A stretch of 64,000 nt of DNA from Vicugna vicugna (lineage: Eukaryota), in contig PNXW01015080.1 in assembly GCA_013265495.1 (NCBI GenBank), positions 1 through 64,000 of the forward strand, written 5' to 3'. The first letter of the stretch is position 1, and each line of letters begins with the position of its first letter. The notes under the pieces are model-generated. The model searched no databases, was not told the origin of the DNA, and saw only the letters and a list, made by a program, of their open reading frames with translations. A program made the position numbers and the translations under genes. Of the stretch, positions 39,140-51,470 are shown one piece after another.

Positions 39140-39430
39140 AAATAAGCCCGCCAATGTTTTTACAGATCTGGAGCAGGACATGAGGCTCCTGAATCAGAGA
39201 GAAAGGGTGTTGTTATTCACAGCACAAAAGGCAGCATTAGCTTCCTGTTCACATCCCCAGAAGGGTGTGGCAGGTGGCTTAGCAGGGTGGGTTTGTGTAC
39301 AGCCAAAAAATCCCAGAGTTTAGGGAAGGCCACTTCTTTCTAAAGGCGCCAGTATCACATCTGCCTAAACTTAGTCCTGGAGGGAGGCAATAAGTTACCC
39401 TGCCCTCTGTGCTGGAAGGAGATACTACAT
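39140..39430 (-). mobile_element. Probable ERV LTR fragment
   Basis: gaggctcctgaatcagagag...ttattcacagc...cacatctgcctaaacttag...gaaggagatactaca resembles antisense MER-type LTRs. Subfamily unresolved. Confidence 0.4.
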
Positions 39431-39899
39431 CTTTTTTTAATACTGTATGTCCTTCTTACCACTGGTTACCTTTAATTTAGCATATTTGAACCTACATTTG
39501 CTTATCACCATTGAGAATTAGCACTACATATGGTTTTTGCCCTAATAAAATATGACAGGAAACAAGGTTTTAATATCCCTTCCAGGCCAACATCAACTTT
39601 GCAGACATGAGATTCCTGATGTTTTTCCCACCAGTACCGCTCTTGTGTTTTGAAAGTCTTTTCCTAACTGCTGTAAGACTTCTTGTGAACAGTCATTTAA
39701 ACCTAATCGTAAGGTTTACTAGTTTCAGTGTTCACTGCTATTTATTCCATTCCACTTCTTAATTTGTTCCTCATTGTGATTTTTCATGTAGGTAGAGTAC
39801 TTTTTCAAGTTCAAAAATTTTTTTTCTTTTGAAGTTAGATGAGCATACAGCTCTTAGGCCAGTACAACAGCAGTCATTTTACCGCCTATTTGAATTGTC

Positions 39900-40315
39900 T
39901 CACTCAGCTGCTGCTGCGTAACAGCCAGCCACGGACTCTCAGTGCACACGATAAGCGTTTGTTCTCATGCTGCTGGGCTTCAGCTGGAGCAGCTCTGCTT
40001 CAGGCTGTGGTTGACCAAGCTGACTGCCCACTGGTCTCATGCTGGAGCTGGGCTTAAGAAGCAGAAGCTACAAGACACACTCTTCTCATGGTAGAGGTCA
40101 GGGGACCGACCCCGACTGGATAGCATGTTTCCGACCTCTGCTCACATCACATCCACTAATATTGCATTGGCTAAAACAAATCAGGTCGAGAGGCCCAAGA
40201 TTAAGGAGCCCTGCCCCAAGAGAGCCAAGCTTAAGTGAAGGGGCAGGTCTCCACTCTACCCAGAGTGAGCAAGGGGGAAAGGGAGCATTTGCTAGACAAT
40301 AACCTAAATTATGAC
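39900..40315 (-). mobile_element. MaLR LTR, MLT1-type
   Basis: cagctggagcagctctgcttcaggctgtgg...ctcttctcatggtagagg...ctctgctcacatcacatccactaatattgcattggctaaaacaaatca. Confidence 0.75.
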
Positions 40316-40949
40316 CCTCATCTACAATGTACAGCTGAGTGTAGACTCCTTGGTTCAGTCTTCCCCCTTCCTCTTTCCCCTCTTCTGGCCCCAGCAAATA
40401 TTCCTTCAAGGTCTTCAAGATTTGAGGGTCAAGGGAAGCAAATCTCTCACTTACTTTGTGAACAGTCTTCAGTGAGCAAAGTCAGGAGTCATACGTGCAG
40501 AATTTGTTGATACGTGTTCAAAGGCCTTCATTTTGTCACTCTGTGCACCACCTCACACCTCCCCCCTCACTCCTGTGATGCTCCCGTATCCTGCTACTCT
40601 GAAACTACAGACTTTAGCCTTTTGGGTGAAATCCATCCGTTGGCTGGTTACTTGCTCGGCAGGCCCCATCGGTTCCATGTGCTGGCTCAGGGGCCAGCCA
40701 GCATGTCTCTGTCTGATCCTGTCTGCTGCAGAGCAGCTAGAAATTCCTCAAAGGCTCAGGCTACTAGGTGGCATCCTTCCATGTTTCTAGCACTATTGCC
40801 AAGGTTTTAAATTTTTACGTATTTGTTGGTCCTTTCAATATTTTTGGGAGAAAAGAGGAAAGAGTGTAGGCTCAACTTATCTTGACATCAGAAGTCCAAA
40901 AGTGAGACTATGATATTTTAAAAAGTCTATTCCTTACACATTACATAAT

Positions 40950-43900
40950 TTTACATAAATACATAAATACCACAATCATTTTTAATTTTTTCTTTTCTTC
41001 TTGATTCCGCACTACTTTCTCACCAGCCTTCTCTCTACACAGAGTCTTGGAATCAACCTCTGAACTCCACCTCCATGCCACTGCCCCCAACAGCTGATAA
41101 AATTTGGCCTGTTTTCCCCCACACTCACAGTTCTACAAATACACATAGGTACACAACTACGTAAGCTGCACATAGAGATATTTTAAATCATGGTTATTAT
41201 TTTGGTTTTACAAAAATGGGAAATCGTGGTTTTTGGTAGCCTGCATTTCTCACTCAACTGTACCTCCAGGGAAACCTCCCCGCCTCCAGGTAATCTGGTT
41301 TAGCTCTGAGTCATTCTTTTAGGGGCTCCATAACAGTACATGATATAGATGGCTGCACAGCAATTGATACAGCCCTTCCTCTGCTGACAGCATTTACAAT
41401 GTTTTCAGCTTTATGACATTACAAATAACACACCTAAGACCATTCTCATGCATATATTCTTACTTAAGGGTGCTTTTATTCTGTAGGGTAGACTCCCGTA
41501 TGTGGGAATGCCGAGAAAAAGGGTACATTTAATCTTAATAGATTTTGCCTGATCACTCTAAAAATTTATATATAAGAATACCTCTCCTGCCACATCCATG
41601 AGAGACAAAGCATTATCTTAAAATTGTTATTAGTCTGATAGCAACATTTTTGCCACTTTCCATAAATATGTTCATTTTAATTTGCTCTTTGAGCTGTCTA
41701 TTCATTTCTTTATCCTGGTTTCTTATCTATTAGTAAGAGGGTTTTTTTGATAGAATTGCTATAGATACTTTATCATCTGCACCGTATTTGCAAAGGGGGG
41801 AGACTTTTGATCTTGTTTATGGTGTCTTCTGCTAGTCAAAAGAGATTTCATGAAGTCAGATGTTCTTTTATAATTTCTGTATTTCTAGTCTTGATTAAGA
41901 AGTTCTCCTCTTCATCTAGGCTTTATATATATTTATGACATCCCAATTGTGGTTCATTTTATTCTTATACATAAGAGAATCCACATTTCCTTCAACCATG
42001 TTGTTATCATTCAATAAAGGATCTATCCTTTTCTATTTTTGTAGTGAACTATCACTATTATAAATTCTCCTATAGAATGTATTTTGCTTTTTTTTTTTCA
42101 TTTTGTTCCACTGACCTAACTATTCTTAAAACCATATTGATGTAATGATTTTATAGTATTGGATTTAGAGAATATTCCAATCTGAGTAACCAGTTTTCCC
42201 CTCAGTAAGTGTTCTATTCTTAGGCATTTATTCTTCTCCTCAAACTTTGATTTTTTCTTCTACTTACAAAAATAAGCAGGATGGGATCTGAAACGAAAAG
42301 GCTTTAAATGTATGTATTTTGAGTGGCTTGATATTTATATGCTACTGAACCTTCCATCTAAGGACAAGAAATGTCAGTCAATTTGTTCAGATTTGATTTT
42401 ATGTCAGGAAAATTATAGTTTTCTTCTCACCTGTCTTATGTTTATCTTGTTGAATTACTAAATATAGTTTTGTCACTCTTCTAAATTAAGTTATTTGCAT
42501 TTCTAGATATTACAGTGTAAAGAGCTATTGATTTTTGTGTCTATACCTATTATCTAGTAGCCTTATCAAATTCTCATATTAATTATTTTTTCTAAACTAG
42601 ATTCTTGGATTTTCTAGATACAAAGTAATATCTTTCAGTAGAAGGAATAATGTCCCCTTTCAATGCCTTTACAGGCCATTTTACTATTAATATTTACTAA
42701 AATCTTCAAGAACATGTTAAATACAGTGTGACTGGATAACTTGTCTGGTATTCAAACAGCTCTAGTAGCAGCTATTCTAAATTTTGAAGATTGGCTTTAA
42801 GTTTCTTTCTATTCCTGTTTTGCTTAGTTTTCATTGGAAATGACTGAGGAAGTTACAGTACCTCAACAGATGCAAAAAAGGTATTTGGTCATCTGCACCA
42901 AATGTGCTGATGCAGTGGACTGTGCACTTTCAGATGTTTTTGGTGCATTTATATTTTTAATTTGCCTTCAGAATAAACTTGCATTTTTACTCATTCTCCT
43001 TGTCCTAGTCTCTTATCCTAATATTAATATTGCGCTATTGACTTACTTTGCATTTCCTAGGATCATTTTAATGCGTCTCTGTACTTCAGACATTCTTATG
43101 AACATACTACCAGCAAAGCAGTGAACAGAGCGTATGGCTGAGTTTACCTTTCTAACCCAGTTTCACATCTGGCTTGTAATTTTGTGATTTAATCTGCTCA
43201 TGCTTAATATAATGACTGATATTTTAGTTGTTGTATTCCTTCCATCTTACTGTGTGTTTAGTCATTTTATGTTGCGATTTTTGTTCCATTTCCTTATTTT
43301 TGAGGGGCTGGTCAAGTTGTTGTTTTTCCCCCTTTATTGGTTTTGAAATTCTGCTTCACTCTTCCATTCCATTAGTAGTCATCTTCCTTCTCCCTGTTCT
43401 CATAATCAGATGATGACTGTTTGAAAACCAGATTACAAATACTCTGGTTAAGAAACTGCGTTTTCCAACTATGACCCTCTATTTAACCCCCTTCTGTCCC
43501 CTAGTAAGGTCATTCTTCTGTATTTTTAAATTTCTCCTCTCCTTCTCTGCCCTAAAATCTTTTTAGACTCTTTCTACTTCTCTCCCCACCACTTCCATCA
43601 CTTGGGTTGTCTGATGAAGTTTACTTTTGCATTTTTAGGGACGCTTACTGCGTCCTTGTTTTACACTTAAGTTACAAATCCCCAGAACAGCTATCTCCAC
43701 CTGTTTAGGTTTAATTTCTAAGTATCTATGCACCAATAATGTTAAGGTTTACTGTGAATACGTCCTCTTTATCTTTTCCCATCTTGAAGTCTCTGTTCTG
43801 GTTCATTTACTATTTGGTCAGCATCTAATCCTTAAATGGGGTATGTGGTGATTCTCTGAATTCTGGCATATCTTCAAGACATCTTTCTTTCACCTAGGCA

Positions 43901-44650
43901 GGTAAATGATGTAAGTTGGAAAATTTACATCCTTGGGTTGTGGTCCATTTCTCTCAATGTGTGGTACCTCTACCTCCTCTCTTCCTAAATTACTTGCAAA
44001 TGAGAAAACCAAGGCCAACTGGATCCCACCATTTTCTTGAAGTTGATTTTTTTTTTCTCCTCGGATCTATAGTAAGAATTTTGCCAGAATATATCTAGAC
44101 GACAGAGCTTTCTCATCAAGTGAGCCTAGACCTTACTGAGTCCTTTCAATTTGCAGGACCGGCTCTTCCTTTAGCTCAGGTCAGGAAGATTGTCTCATGT
44201 AATTATCACCTTTCCTATTTATGTCCTTTGCTCTCCTCACTAACTCCAATTATTTTCATTTCAGTTCTCGAATGTCCTCTCCAAATCTCGTTTTTCTCCT
44301 GATTTCTGTCTTGTCATCTTTTCATATTTTTGCTCTGTGATTTGAGATACTTTTTACACTTAGTCTTCTAAGACATTAAATCAGGTCTCAGCAGTGACCA
44401 ACCTTCCTCCCTTTTATTCAGAAACTAAACTGTTTAATCATGCTTGAGTTTTTTAGGTGCCACAATTCACTTGCCATAGGTGTGCTTTTTCCCCCGCAAG
44501 TGTTTAACTGTCTCCTCCAACATTTCTACCTCACTTCACATTTGTTTTGGCTTTCCTCTCTCCTGCTACAGGTCTTATGTAGATTGCTATCTTTGTTGGC
44601 TCCAGTCTGTCATTGGATCTCTAATTTGCATATTAGATTCACCTGAGTGG
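40950..44650 (-). mobile_element. Long fragmented L1ME-type element (3' UTR, ORF2, 5' region)
   Basis: Continuous T-rich antisense L1 signatures, e.g. attttccttcaaccatgttgtt, tgctactgaaccttccatc...gaaatgtc, taaagagctattgatttttgtgtctata, tcctttcaatttgcaggaccggctc. Confidence 0.65.
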
Positions 44651-45047
44651 TGGGACCCCCCCTCATTCTTAGGGACTATTGAATGCAAATTGATGGAAGC
44701 ACTCAGGCATCAGTGCTTATGTAAACCCCCAGGTAAGTCAAGCTGAGCGAGTGAAGCTGATGCTGTTCTGAGTCTCACCCGTTCCAGCGCCTTGCAGAGA
44801 CAGCAGAGGGGAGCCTCTTTGTTCTCAGGCTTACCTGTTCTCTCTTGGGCTCGGGAGTGTAGATGACCCAGTCTAGCCATGCAGTTCCTTCTTGGATTTT
44901 GGGGGAGTCAGATATTTTGCGCACTTTCATTCTCCTACTGCCAGGATCTCTGAAGACCAGGCTTCTTCCAGGATCTGCCTCTGTGAAACTGTTTATCCCG
45001 GGGTTCCAACACTGTTCTCCCAGCAAGGCTCACGTCATTTAGAGCAA

Positions 45048-45075
45048 CCCTGCCCACCCGCCTCCCCGCCTCCCC
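45048..45075 (-). other. Putative G-quadruplex-forming sequence with GC boxes
   Basis: Five C-runs on the + strand: ccctgcccacccgcctccccgcctcccc. Confidence 0.5.
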
Positions 45076-46859
45076 ACCGCACAACACGTGCTGTTTCCCT
45101 TCCCTGCAGCTCCACCTGGCACAAGGTCTCCCTTAACCCAGTTGTCTGTAGGTCCTCCTGGGTGAGAAGAGCCCAGTAACAGTGTTCTAGAAGAAATAAA
45201 TCATATCCAGATATTCAAACTATACCTTTTAGAAGAGATCATATGGACTGTGGTCTTTCATATTTTCATGTCTGTAGTCAGCATCTAAATACATTTTCTT
45301 TTTTACTGTAAGTGGCAAATTAGCATCACTGGGGTGATGGGTGAGAGGCAGGAGAATGGCAGGGCTGCTTCTAAGGATTAATAGAATGCCAACAGCAAAT
45401 TTCAAAAGCGGGGGAAGGAGGATTAAACCGTCAAGAGACTGAGGGAAAGGACTGATCAGATAATTCCTGAAGCAAAGTCAACACGATTTGCAGATACAGA
45501 CAAACAGACAAGCGGTACATTTACAGGTTAGATTTACACAACAAGGATGCTCAGCTGGAGGTGAGCGAACAAGAGTGACAGTATTGTCGCTCTTCTGTTT
45601 GTCAGTGTTGGGAAATTTTGCTTGTAAGAATTTTTCAAGAATTTTGATATTCATGGACTTAACAGTGAGTGTGTGGTATCCACAAGGTGAGAAACAGCAC
45701 AGCCAGCCTTCCAGTTCTGAGATTCGGTGTTTTCACTAACATGAGTCCTGTATTCAAGGTAGCATCGCAGCTGCCACTCCCAGAGCTCCCTCTGTTACAT
45801 GAAAAGGAGAGGACAGTAAGGCATCGCCAAACTCCGTTTTTTTCTTCTGTAAAAGCAGTTTTCAAACTTGTTTTGACCACCTCTTTTTTCAAGAGTTTAA
45901 ATGAAAGCTCACACTGGGAAGCAGAAGCCTGCTTTATGACCCGGTCCTTTCAGCCCGAAGCCTTCTCCCCACTGGAAACCAAGTTCCATGGGAAGGGTGC
46001 CTTTCTGTTTCTCCAAGCTACACCCCCATGGCTAGAAAGAGCAGGCCTTGCCTAATACTTACTTAGGTACCCTTAATGTATGAAGGCCTATTTGGAAACC
46101 ACCATTCTTGACTCTCTCGTGTCAGCAGTCCCTGGGTGAGCCATTCCAGGAAGAATAAAACTTTTAAGTGTGAAAAACTGGTCGTGCTTTTACCCGGCTG
46201 AGTGAGACAAGATATCTTACGTCCTTGTATCTCATGAGGGTTTTTCAAGGTGCGCCTGCTCTTCAAAAAACTGAAAGTTTGGTCACCTGTGTTTCATGCC
46301 ATTTGACAGCACAGTAAAGTATCAGGAACTTGTGTGAACACTTTCTTGGGGGCATTGCAGAAAGGACTACAGAAACCACAGGCCTATGAGCTATTTACTC
46401 ACTATAACAAAACTTTCTGAATGACGCACCTGCTCTCTGTAAAGTGACAGTTCGACTCTCCTCTTTGAGCCCAGAGACATTCCAATATGAGGCCCACATT
46501 CCAGATGCCTGAAGAATAATTAAAATGCGAATGGGTGTTTGGAAACGGGCAGTTAGCCATCATCAGCTTTGTGTCCCCAGTACAGAAGGTGAATACTGAT
46601 GACAGTGTGTCCCAACAGCTTGCTTCCATATCCATCTCCCTGACTAGAGGCTGGCTCCTTGAAGATGAAAACCACGTTGTATTCATATTAGTAATTAATC
46701 TAAGTGCCTAGTACATTGCACAGCTCATCCCAGTTGTGTGTCTGGGGGAGGGAAAAGGGAGCAAATGCAAACCTAGCAAAGTCACTGCATCCCAGGGAAT
46801 CTTCTGGCACTAGCAGGTGTAGGGCACCCTTCTGGAATCTCTTTAATCACTTGCAAAAA

Positions 46860-47710
46860 TTCGTGTTACTCAGGAGATGAGGCAAAGCATTACCAAACAT
46901 CTGATCCCCTCCCCTCACCTAGACACCTCCCCAGGTCCAGCCAGCTTAAAAAACTAGAGAGGTACATGTGCAGTACATGATCAGAGAGAGGGTCTGTGAC
47001 AATCAGTCCTCAAAGACTACTAGATGACATAAGTACCCTCCATCTGACAGAGCTCGCTCGGGAGACTGAGAAGGTGAAAATTAACTCAAAGAAAGTAAGA
47101 CCCTGCCCAGCCGTTCATCAGGCTGGAGTAACAGACACAACCAGCTTCCAATAGGAAGCTTTGTTTTTCTTGAGGACCTTATGCTACTGTGAAGTGCTAT
47201 AGTAACTCCTTTCTTTTGAGTGAATACTGTTTTCTTACTCATGGAAAAGCTTAGTTCTCTAATCAAACTATCACAAAAACTGCTGTTTGAAATTACAGTC
47301 AGAATGAAGCATTTCATTCTTGCCTGGAAGACGGAAGTCACTTGGACATAGAAGGAGCCTTGGCTTACAGCTGAGTGCAGAGCTCCGAAAGGGGGTTTCT
47401 GGGTACAGCATCCCACGTTGCTCTTAACTTTGTAGTTTCCAAGGAGACAGGACCAAGGTCCCCTTCGCAGTGATGTTGACCGATTTCTACACAGTCCTGC
47501 TTTGCTTTGAACCTGTCAAAAAGTTGCTTCATTTAAATTTCACCTAAACTCCCTCTTTCTCCAAAATCCTATGAACAACGCTGTTCTCCTTTTATTGGAG
47601 AGACGTCCCACAAGTGGTTCCTCTGGTGTGTGCTCACCCTCGTTGCAGTGAGTCAACAGACGGGATCTGGTTGGGCTACAGCTTTGTCCCGGAGGAACTT
47701 AGGCTGACCA
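46860..47710 (+). mobile_element. Probable ERV1-class solo LTR
   Basis: LTR-like 3' half: tttaaatttcacctaaactccctc...ccaaaatcct...gagagacgtcccac...ctctggtgtgtgctcaccctcgttgcagtgagtcaa. The 5' boundary is uncertain. Confidence 0.5.
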
Positions 47711-48257
47711 AGCTATGGCAAGACTTTTAAGTCTTCTGGTAACCACCCTTTCCGTGATTCAAGAGGAGTTTAGATGCAAGCAAAGCCTTATGCAATAAAA
47801 CCAGTTTTCTGAGGTCACAGGCTCCACTTTGTCACTTGTGTTGGGTCAGGCTTATGTGGACTTGTCCTCCCCAGGACATGAGTCCTCAGCCAGTCCCTGG
47901 GATTGAGGAAATGCCTGTCTCAGCAGTGGAAACAGTTGACAGCTACCCTTTCACTAGCCCTTCCTTTCACACTAGAACACCCTGCCTCCTGTTGGATGCT
48001 GACCACAAAGAAGGAAACAGTACTTGCCCTCTTGAACTCTTCATCGCAGATGCTCAGAATCCGTATGTCCTGAGAGATGGAAAGTGTCAGGTGGCAGAGG
48101 CAGTGATAGTGGTTTCCCTTGGGTCCTCGGCTTGGCTGCACTGGACGCTTTGGTGAGGATGAAGAGGTGAAGGAGGACATTTCCGTGTTAGGGTACCATT
48201 TAGCCTGGAAGGGATGCCAGCGATAGCAGGCAGAGTGTGTTCAGGGCTTAGTGTTTT

Positions 48258-48501
48258 GTGTTTTTTTTTTTTTTAACATTTTTTATTGATTTATAATCAT
48301 TTTACAATGTTGTGTCAAATTCCAGTGTTCAGCACAATTTTTCAGTCATTCATGGACATATACACACTCATTGTCACATTTTTTTTCTCTGTGAGTTATC
48401 ATAACATTTTGTGTATATTTCCCTGTGCTATACAGTGTAATCTTGTTTATCTATTCTACAATTTTGAAATCCCAGTCTATCCCTTCCCACCTTCTACCCC
48501 C
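48258..48501 (-). mobile_element. Young camelid L1 3' end (244 bp) with a perfect 16-bp TSD
   Basis: TSD cagggcttagtgtttt at 48242-48257 and 48502-48517, intact poly-A, endonuclease-type site TTAT/AAAA on the minus strand. Its 3' UTR differs from the other L1 copies in the window. Confidence 0.95.
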
Positions 48502-48557
48502 CAGGGCTTAGTGTTTTTATAACCACTTTCTTATCTGTCAGAAAGGAAGGCTTATTA

Positions 48558-48579
48558 CCCTACCCCCAACCCCCCGCCC
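48558..48579 (-). other. Putative G-quadruplex-forming sequence
   Basis: Four C-runs on the + strand: ccctacccccaaccccccgccc. Confidence 0.55.
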
Positions 48580-48859
48580 AAGGCCCAAACATTTCAAGGG
48601 AGGTTTAGCCTCTCATTGGTTCACTAACTCCAGCAGTTAGCAGTGAGAGCTTCTATTTAATCATCTCAGCCACCAACATGCAAAAGAAAAAGGATCTTGC
48701 TGGGGATATCTGCTAAGGAACACAGAAGGCCACTTACTAGCAGCGTTACATCCTAACCCCGGAACATCTTTAGTCTCCAACCCAGAGGACATCGATATAA
48801 ATCCTTGCCCCTCCCGCAGCAACAAAACAGTCGTAACAATATGCTTTAAGAAATTAATT

Positions 48860-49120
48860 TACAGCTAAAAATGTCTAGAGATAAACGTGTACATTCAACA
48901 AATGCTTTCTAAAGTTATTTTCCGATAAAACCCCGAGGCCAAAAGGAAAACATCGATAATTTGACTAGATGAAACTTTAAAACTTGTGTGTGAAAACAAA
49001 AAACAAAAACAAAATTTAGAAAGGCAAAGTGTGTGGGGAAATATCTGCAAGGCTAGGACATACAGAGGTGTTTTCCTTAACAGAGCAGCCTTGAACAAGC
49101 AGTTCACCGGGAAGGAAGCA
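48860..49120 (+). mobile_element. Old L1M ORF2 fragment
   Basis: aaaaccccgaggccaaaaggaaaacatcgataatttgactagatgaaactttaaaacttgtg...aaggcaaag...ggggaaatatctgcaa. Confidence 0.65.
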
Positions 49121-49287
49121 GAAGTGGCACTTACCCATTTTCTTAGAAAAATAAACTAGAGTTGCGGGTAGAGTGCTGAAAGGAGGATGAATTCTACACG
49201 TTCACGTACGAATAAGGAATCATACTGGGCGGGTTTGAGGAAACACACGTCCCGGTATCTGAGTTCGCAATGATAAAATTGTGGATT

Positions 49288-49348
49288 AAAAACAAAAACC
49301 ACTCCACTGTCTTCTTGGATGATTTTTTTCCCCCATAGGGACTTTATT
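49288..49348 (-). terminator. Candidate cleavage and polyadenylation site of the minus-strand gene
   Basis: AATAAA (rc of 49343-49348), a CA about 21 nt downstream (49321-49320), then a GU/U-rich element GTGGAGTGGTTTTTGTTTTT (rc of 49288-49307). Confidence 0.6.
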
Positions 49349-50862
49349 AAAGTTTTTATAATCCCAGAAGATACTAATCCCTTCTTGTCTAATTTAATTT
49401 TTGAAAATAAAGACTCTCTATAGAAATGAATTCAAAGCAGGAACTACAGGACTTTAAAATATCAAGGCATATAAAGATCAAACCAGCTCTTATGAATAAA
49501 ACATCCAACTTAATCCGTATGAAATTGTTTTTTAAAATAAGTGTCTAAGTCTAGTACTCTTATCCTTCAGTCATTCTTCAAATTATAGCTTATGAACACC
49601 ATCCGGGTCTGAAATTTGTTTCCACATGGCTCTTAAGGATACTCCAGTGCGTGACTAGTTCCGCTTAATTGCTCCAATACTTGAAAATTTACAGGCATAA
49701 AATCCAAGCCTTAGGTAGAGCCAAGCTCCCCGAAAAGTTCATCTGTATGACTTTTCCTTGACAACAAATCTTAATACTAAAAGGTTTAGGAATATTAACT
49801 ATAAGCAAGTGCATAAGGACATGGTAACACCTAAAATAGGAAAGCAAGCATTTTAATTCAGAGTTCAATATGCGAGGTGCCCATAGTGTGCACCCAGGTG
49901 CATTAATTCTCCCAGCTGTCTGAATTTTCTTAGACACTGTAGGCCATGTTGACCAGAGCAAAGTCATACAGGTTGTGTGAGACTGTGCCCATGGGGTAAG
50001 GAAGGATACAACTTACAAGTTTGTAATGTATGAGGTTCAGGTGCTAAACTTCTTCAGCTTCAGTCATATACAAGAAATCCTCTCTCTTTTTAGGTAGCAA
50101 ATACTGTCCAATTTTGAGATTTGTCTGCCACAAGAACACTGGGGAAACCAGAGGTGGGATGGGATGGGATTCTTTTTGGAGACACGTGTACACATGCACA
50201 CACAAATACACGTGCATTTTTCAACCTTAGCTATTCTCAGTTCTTCTTTCAAACATTCCAGTCTTCCTTGGGTTGTTCTTTTTGACTGTCAGTGTGAACT
50301 AAAACTTGAGTCTGTCCTGCACTGGTCCAGGGCTCAGTGGAGTGCCTAGAGATGTCCTGTGGCATAGCAGTTGATACCAGCTGCCGGATTAACAGCAGCT
50401 TTCCTTACAGTCTGACCAAAGACTACCCAAGATGTCATTGACAAGGCAATTGTGATTGACTGACTTATCAACAGTTTTCTTTCATTGCTACTTCGTTCTT
50501 CTAAGCATAACAAGACAGGATGAAAGAATTTTTTACAAAGGCAGCCTATCTTGGAAGTTTTTCAAATTGCAGAGTAAATTTTACAATTAAAAAAGAAATG
50601 AGCTCAATCTAATTACAAACCACAATCTAAAGTGTTTGTTCAAAGTTAAAGATGTAAGTCTTAAAATTCCCAACTAGGCTGATTAAATCAGAAATGCGCC
50701 TTTATCTCAGTTTTGTCATTAAATTACATGGTGTCTGTGCATCTAATTATTTCTCAAAATCATCACTGGTAAAGAAAATATGTTTTATATTAATGTCGAT
50801 GCCTTAAGGGAACTAAATCAAATGGCTGAGTTGTCTGTAAACAACAGACCAATTCCCACATA

Positions 50863-50903
50863 TCACATGTGCTTTCTGTGTTGAATACTGAAAATGAATG
50901 ACC
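50863..50903 (-). CDS. Candidate terminal coding exon (GSFIFSIQHRKHM*), followed by about 1.5 kb of 3' UTR
   Basis: Acceptor cactgaccctgccttttgtttttag with a branch-like CTGAC. The phase-1 start fits the exon at 51339-51470. Confidence 0.42.
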
Positions 50904-51338
50904 CTAAAAACAAAAGGCAGGGTCAGTGCCTGCCAATCAAACCAACATATCAACAAGCAAAATGTACTTTCAAGCACACTCTTTGGTGAACAGAAAGCAC
51001 CGTTATTCTGATAATATACGATGTTGGAGGGGAAAAAAAAGCAGAAACACATACCATTTAAAACTAACTATTAAAAATGCAGTAGTCTTTAAAAGAAGCA
51101 CCCCACCCATAAGATTCTCAAAAGTATTCAGTAGCTTGGCATTTTGAATTTTAAGTAAATTAGATTTGATGCCCTTTCAGTCTATTTTCTTAATAAAGCA
51201 AAGAAAAGAAATTGAACCAGTTACAAGATGGTCTGTTTTAAACATGAATAGAATGAACAAATAGTGTAGATGGCTCACCCCAGGCCCGGAAACAACTAAT
51301 ACAGCATCGCATCTGGTCTCTCAAGATCAACGGCTTAC

Positions 51339-51470
51339 CTAGCAGCCCCGTGCTTCTGTTAACTTCTGTTCCAATACACCATGGGTGGGATCTGCGGAGT
51401 TCTAATGATTCATGGCGGATGGCATGTTTGTACAAACCAGTGTTTCTATTGGATTGTTGTTCAAAGAGTA
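51339..51470 (-). CDS. Internal coding exon, 132 nt, phase 1-1 (LLFEQQSNRNTGLYKHAIRHESLELRRSHPWCIGTEVNRSTGLL)
   Basis: Acceptor gctttttatatttcttcatttgcactcag, donor TAG/gtaagc. Open across its whole length in the frame set by the upstream exon. Confidence 0.62.

Noticed and set aside
45669-46055. 128-aa ORF in unique sequence
   Set aside because: Starts at a GTG, has no recognisable domain, and its length is not unusual for a 64-kb six-frame scan.
49495-49500. Plus-strand AATAAA near the minus-strand poly(A) site
   Set aside because: AATAAA is common in this AT-rich region and no plus-strand terminal exon supports it.
50980-50987. miR-9 8mer site (ACCAAAGA on the minus strand)
   Set aside because: It is intronic under the preferred exon model, and a single site in 2 kb is expected by chance.
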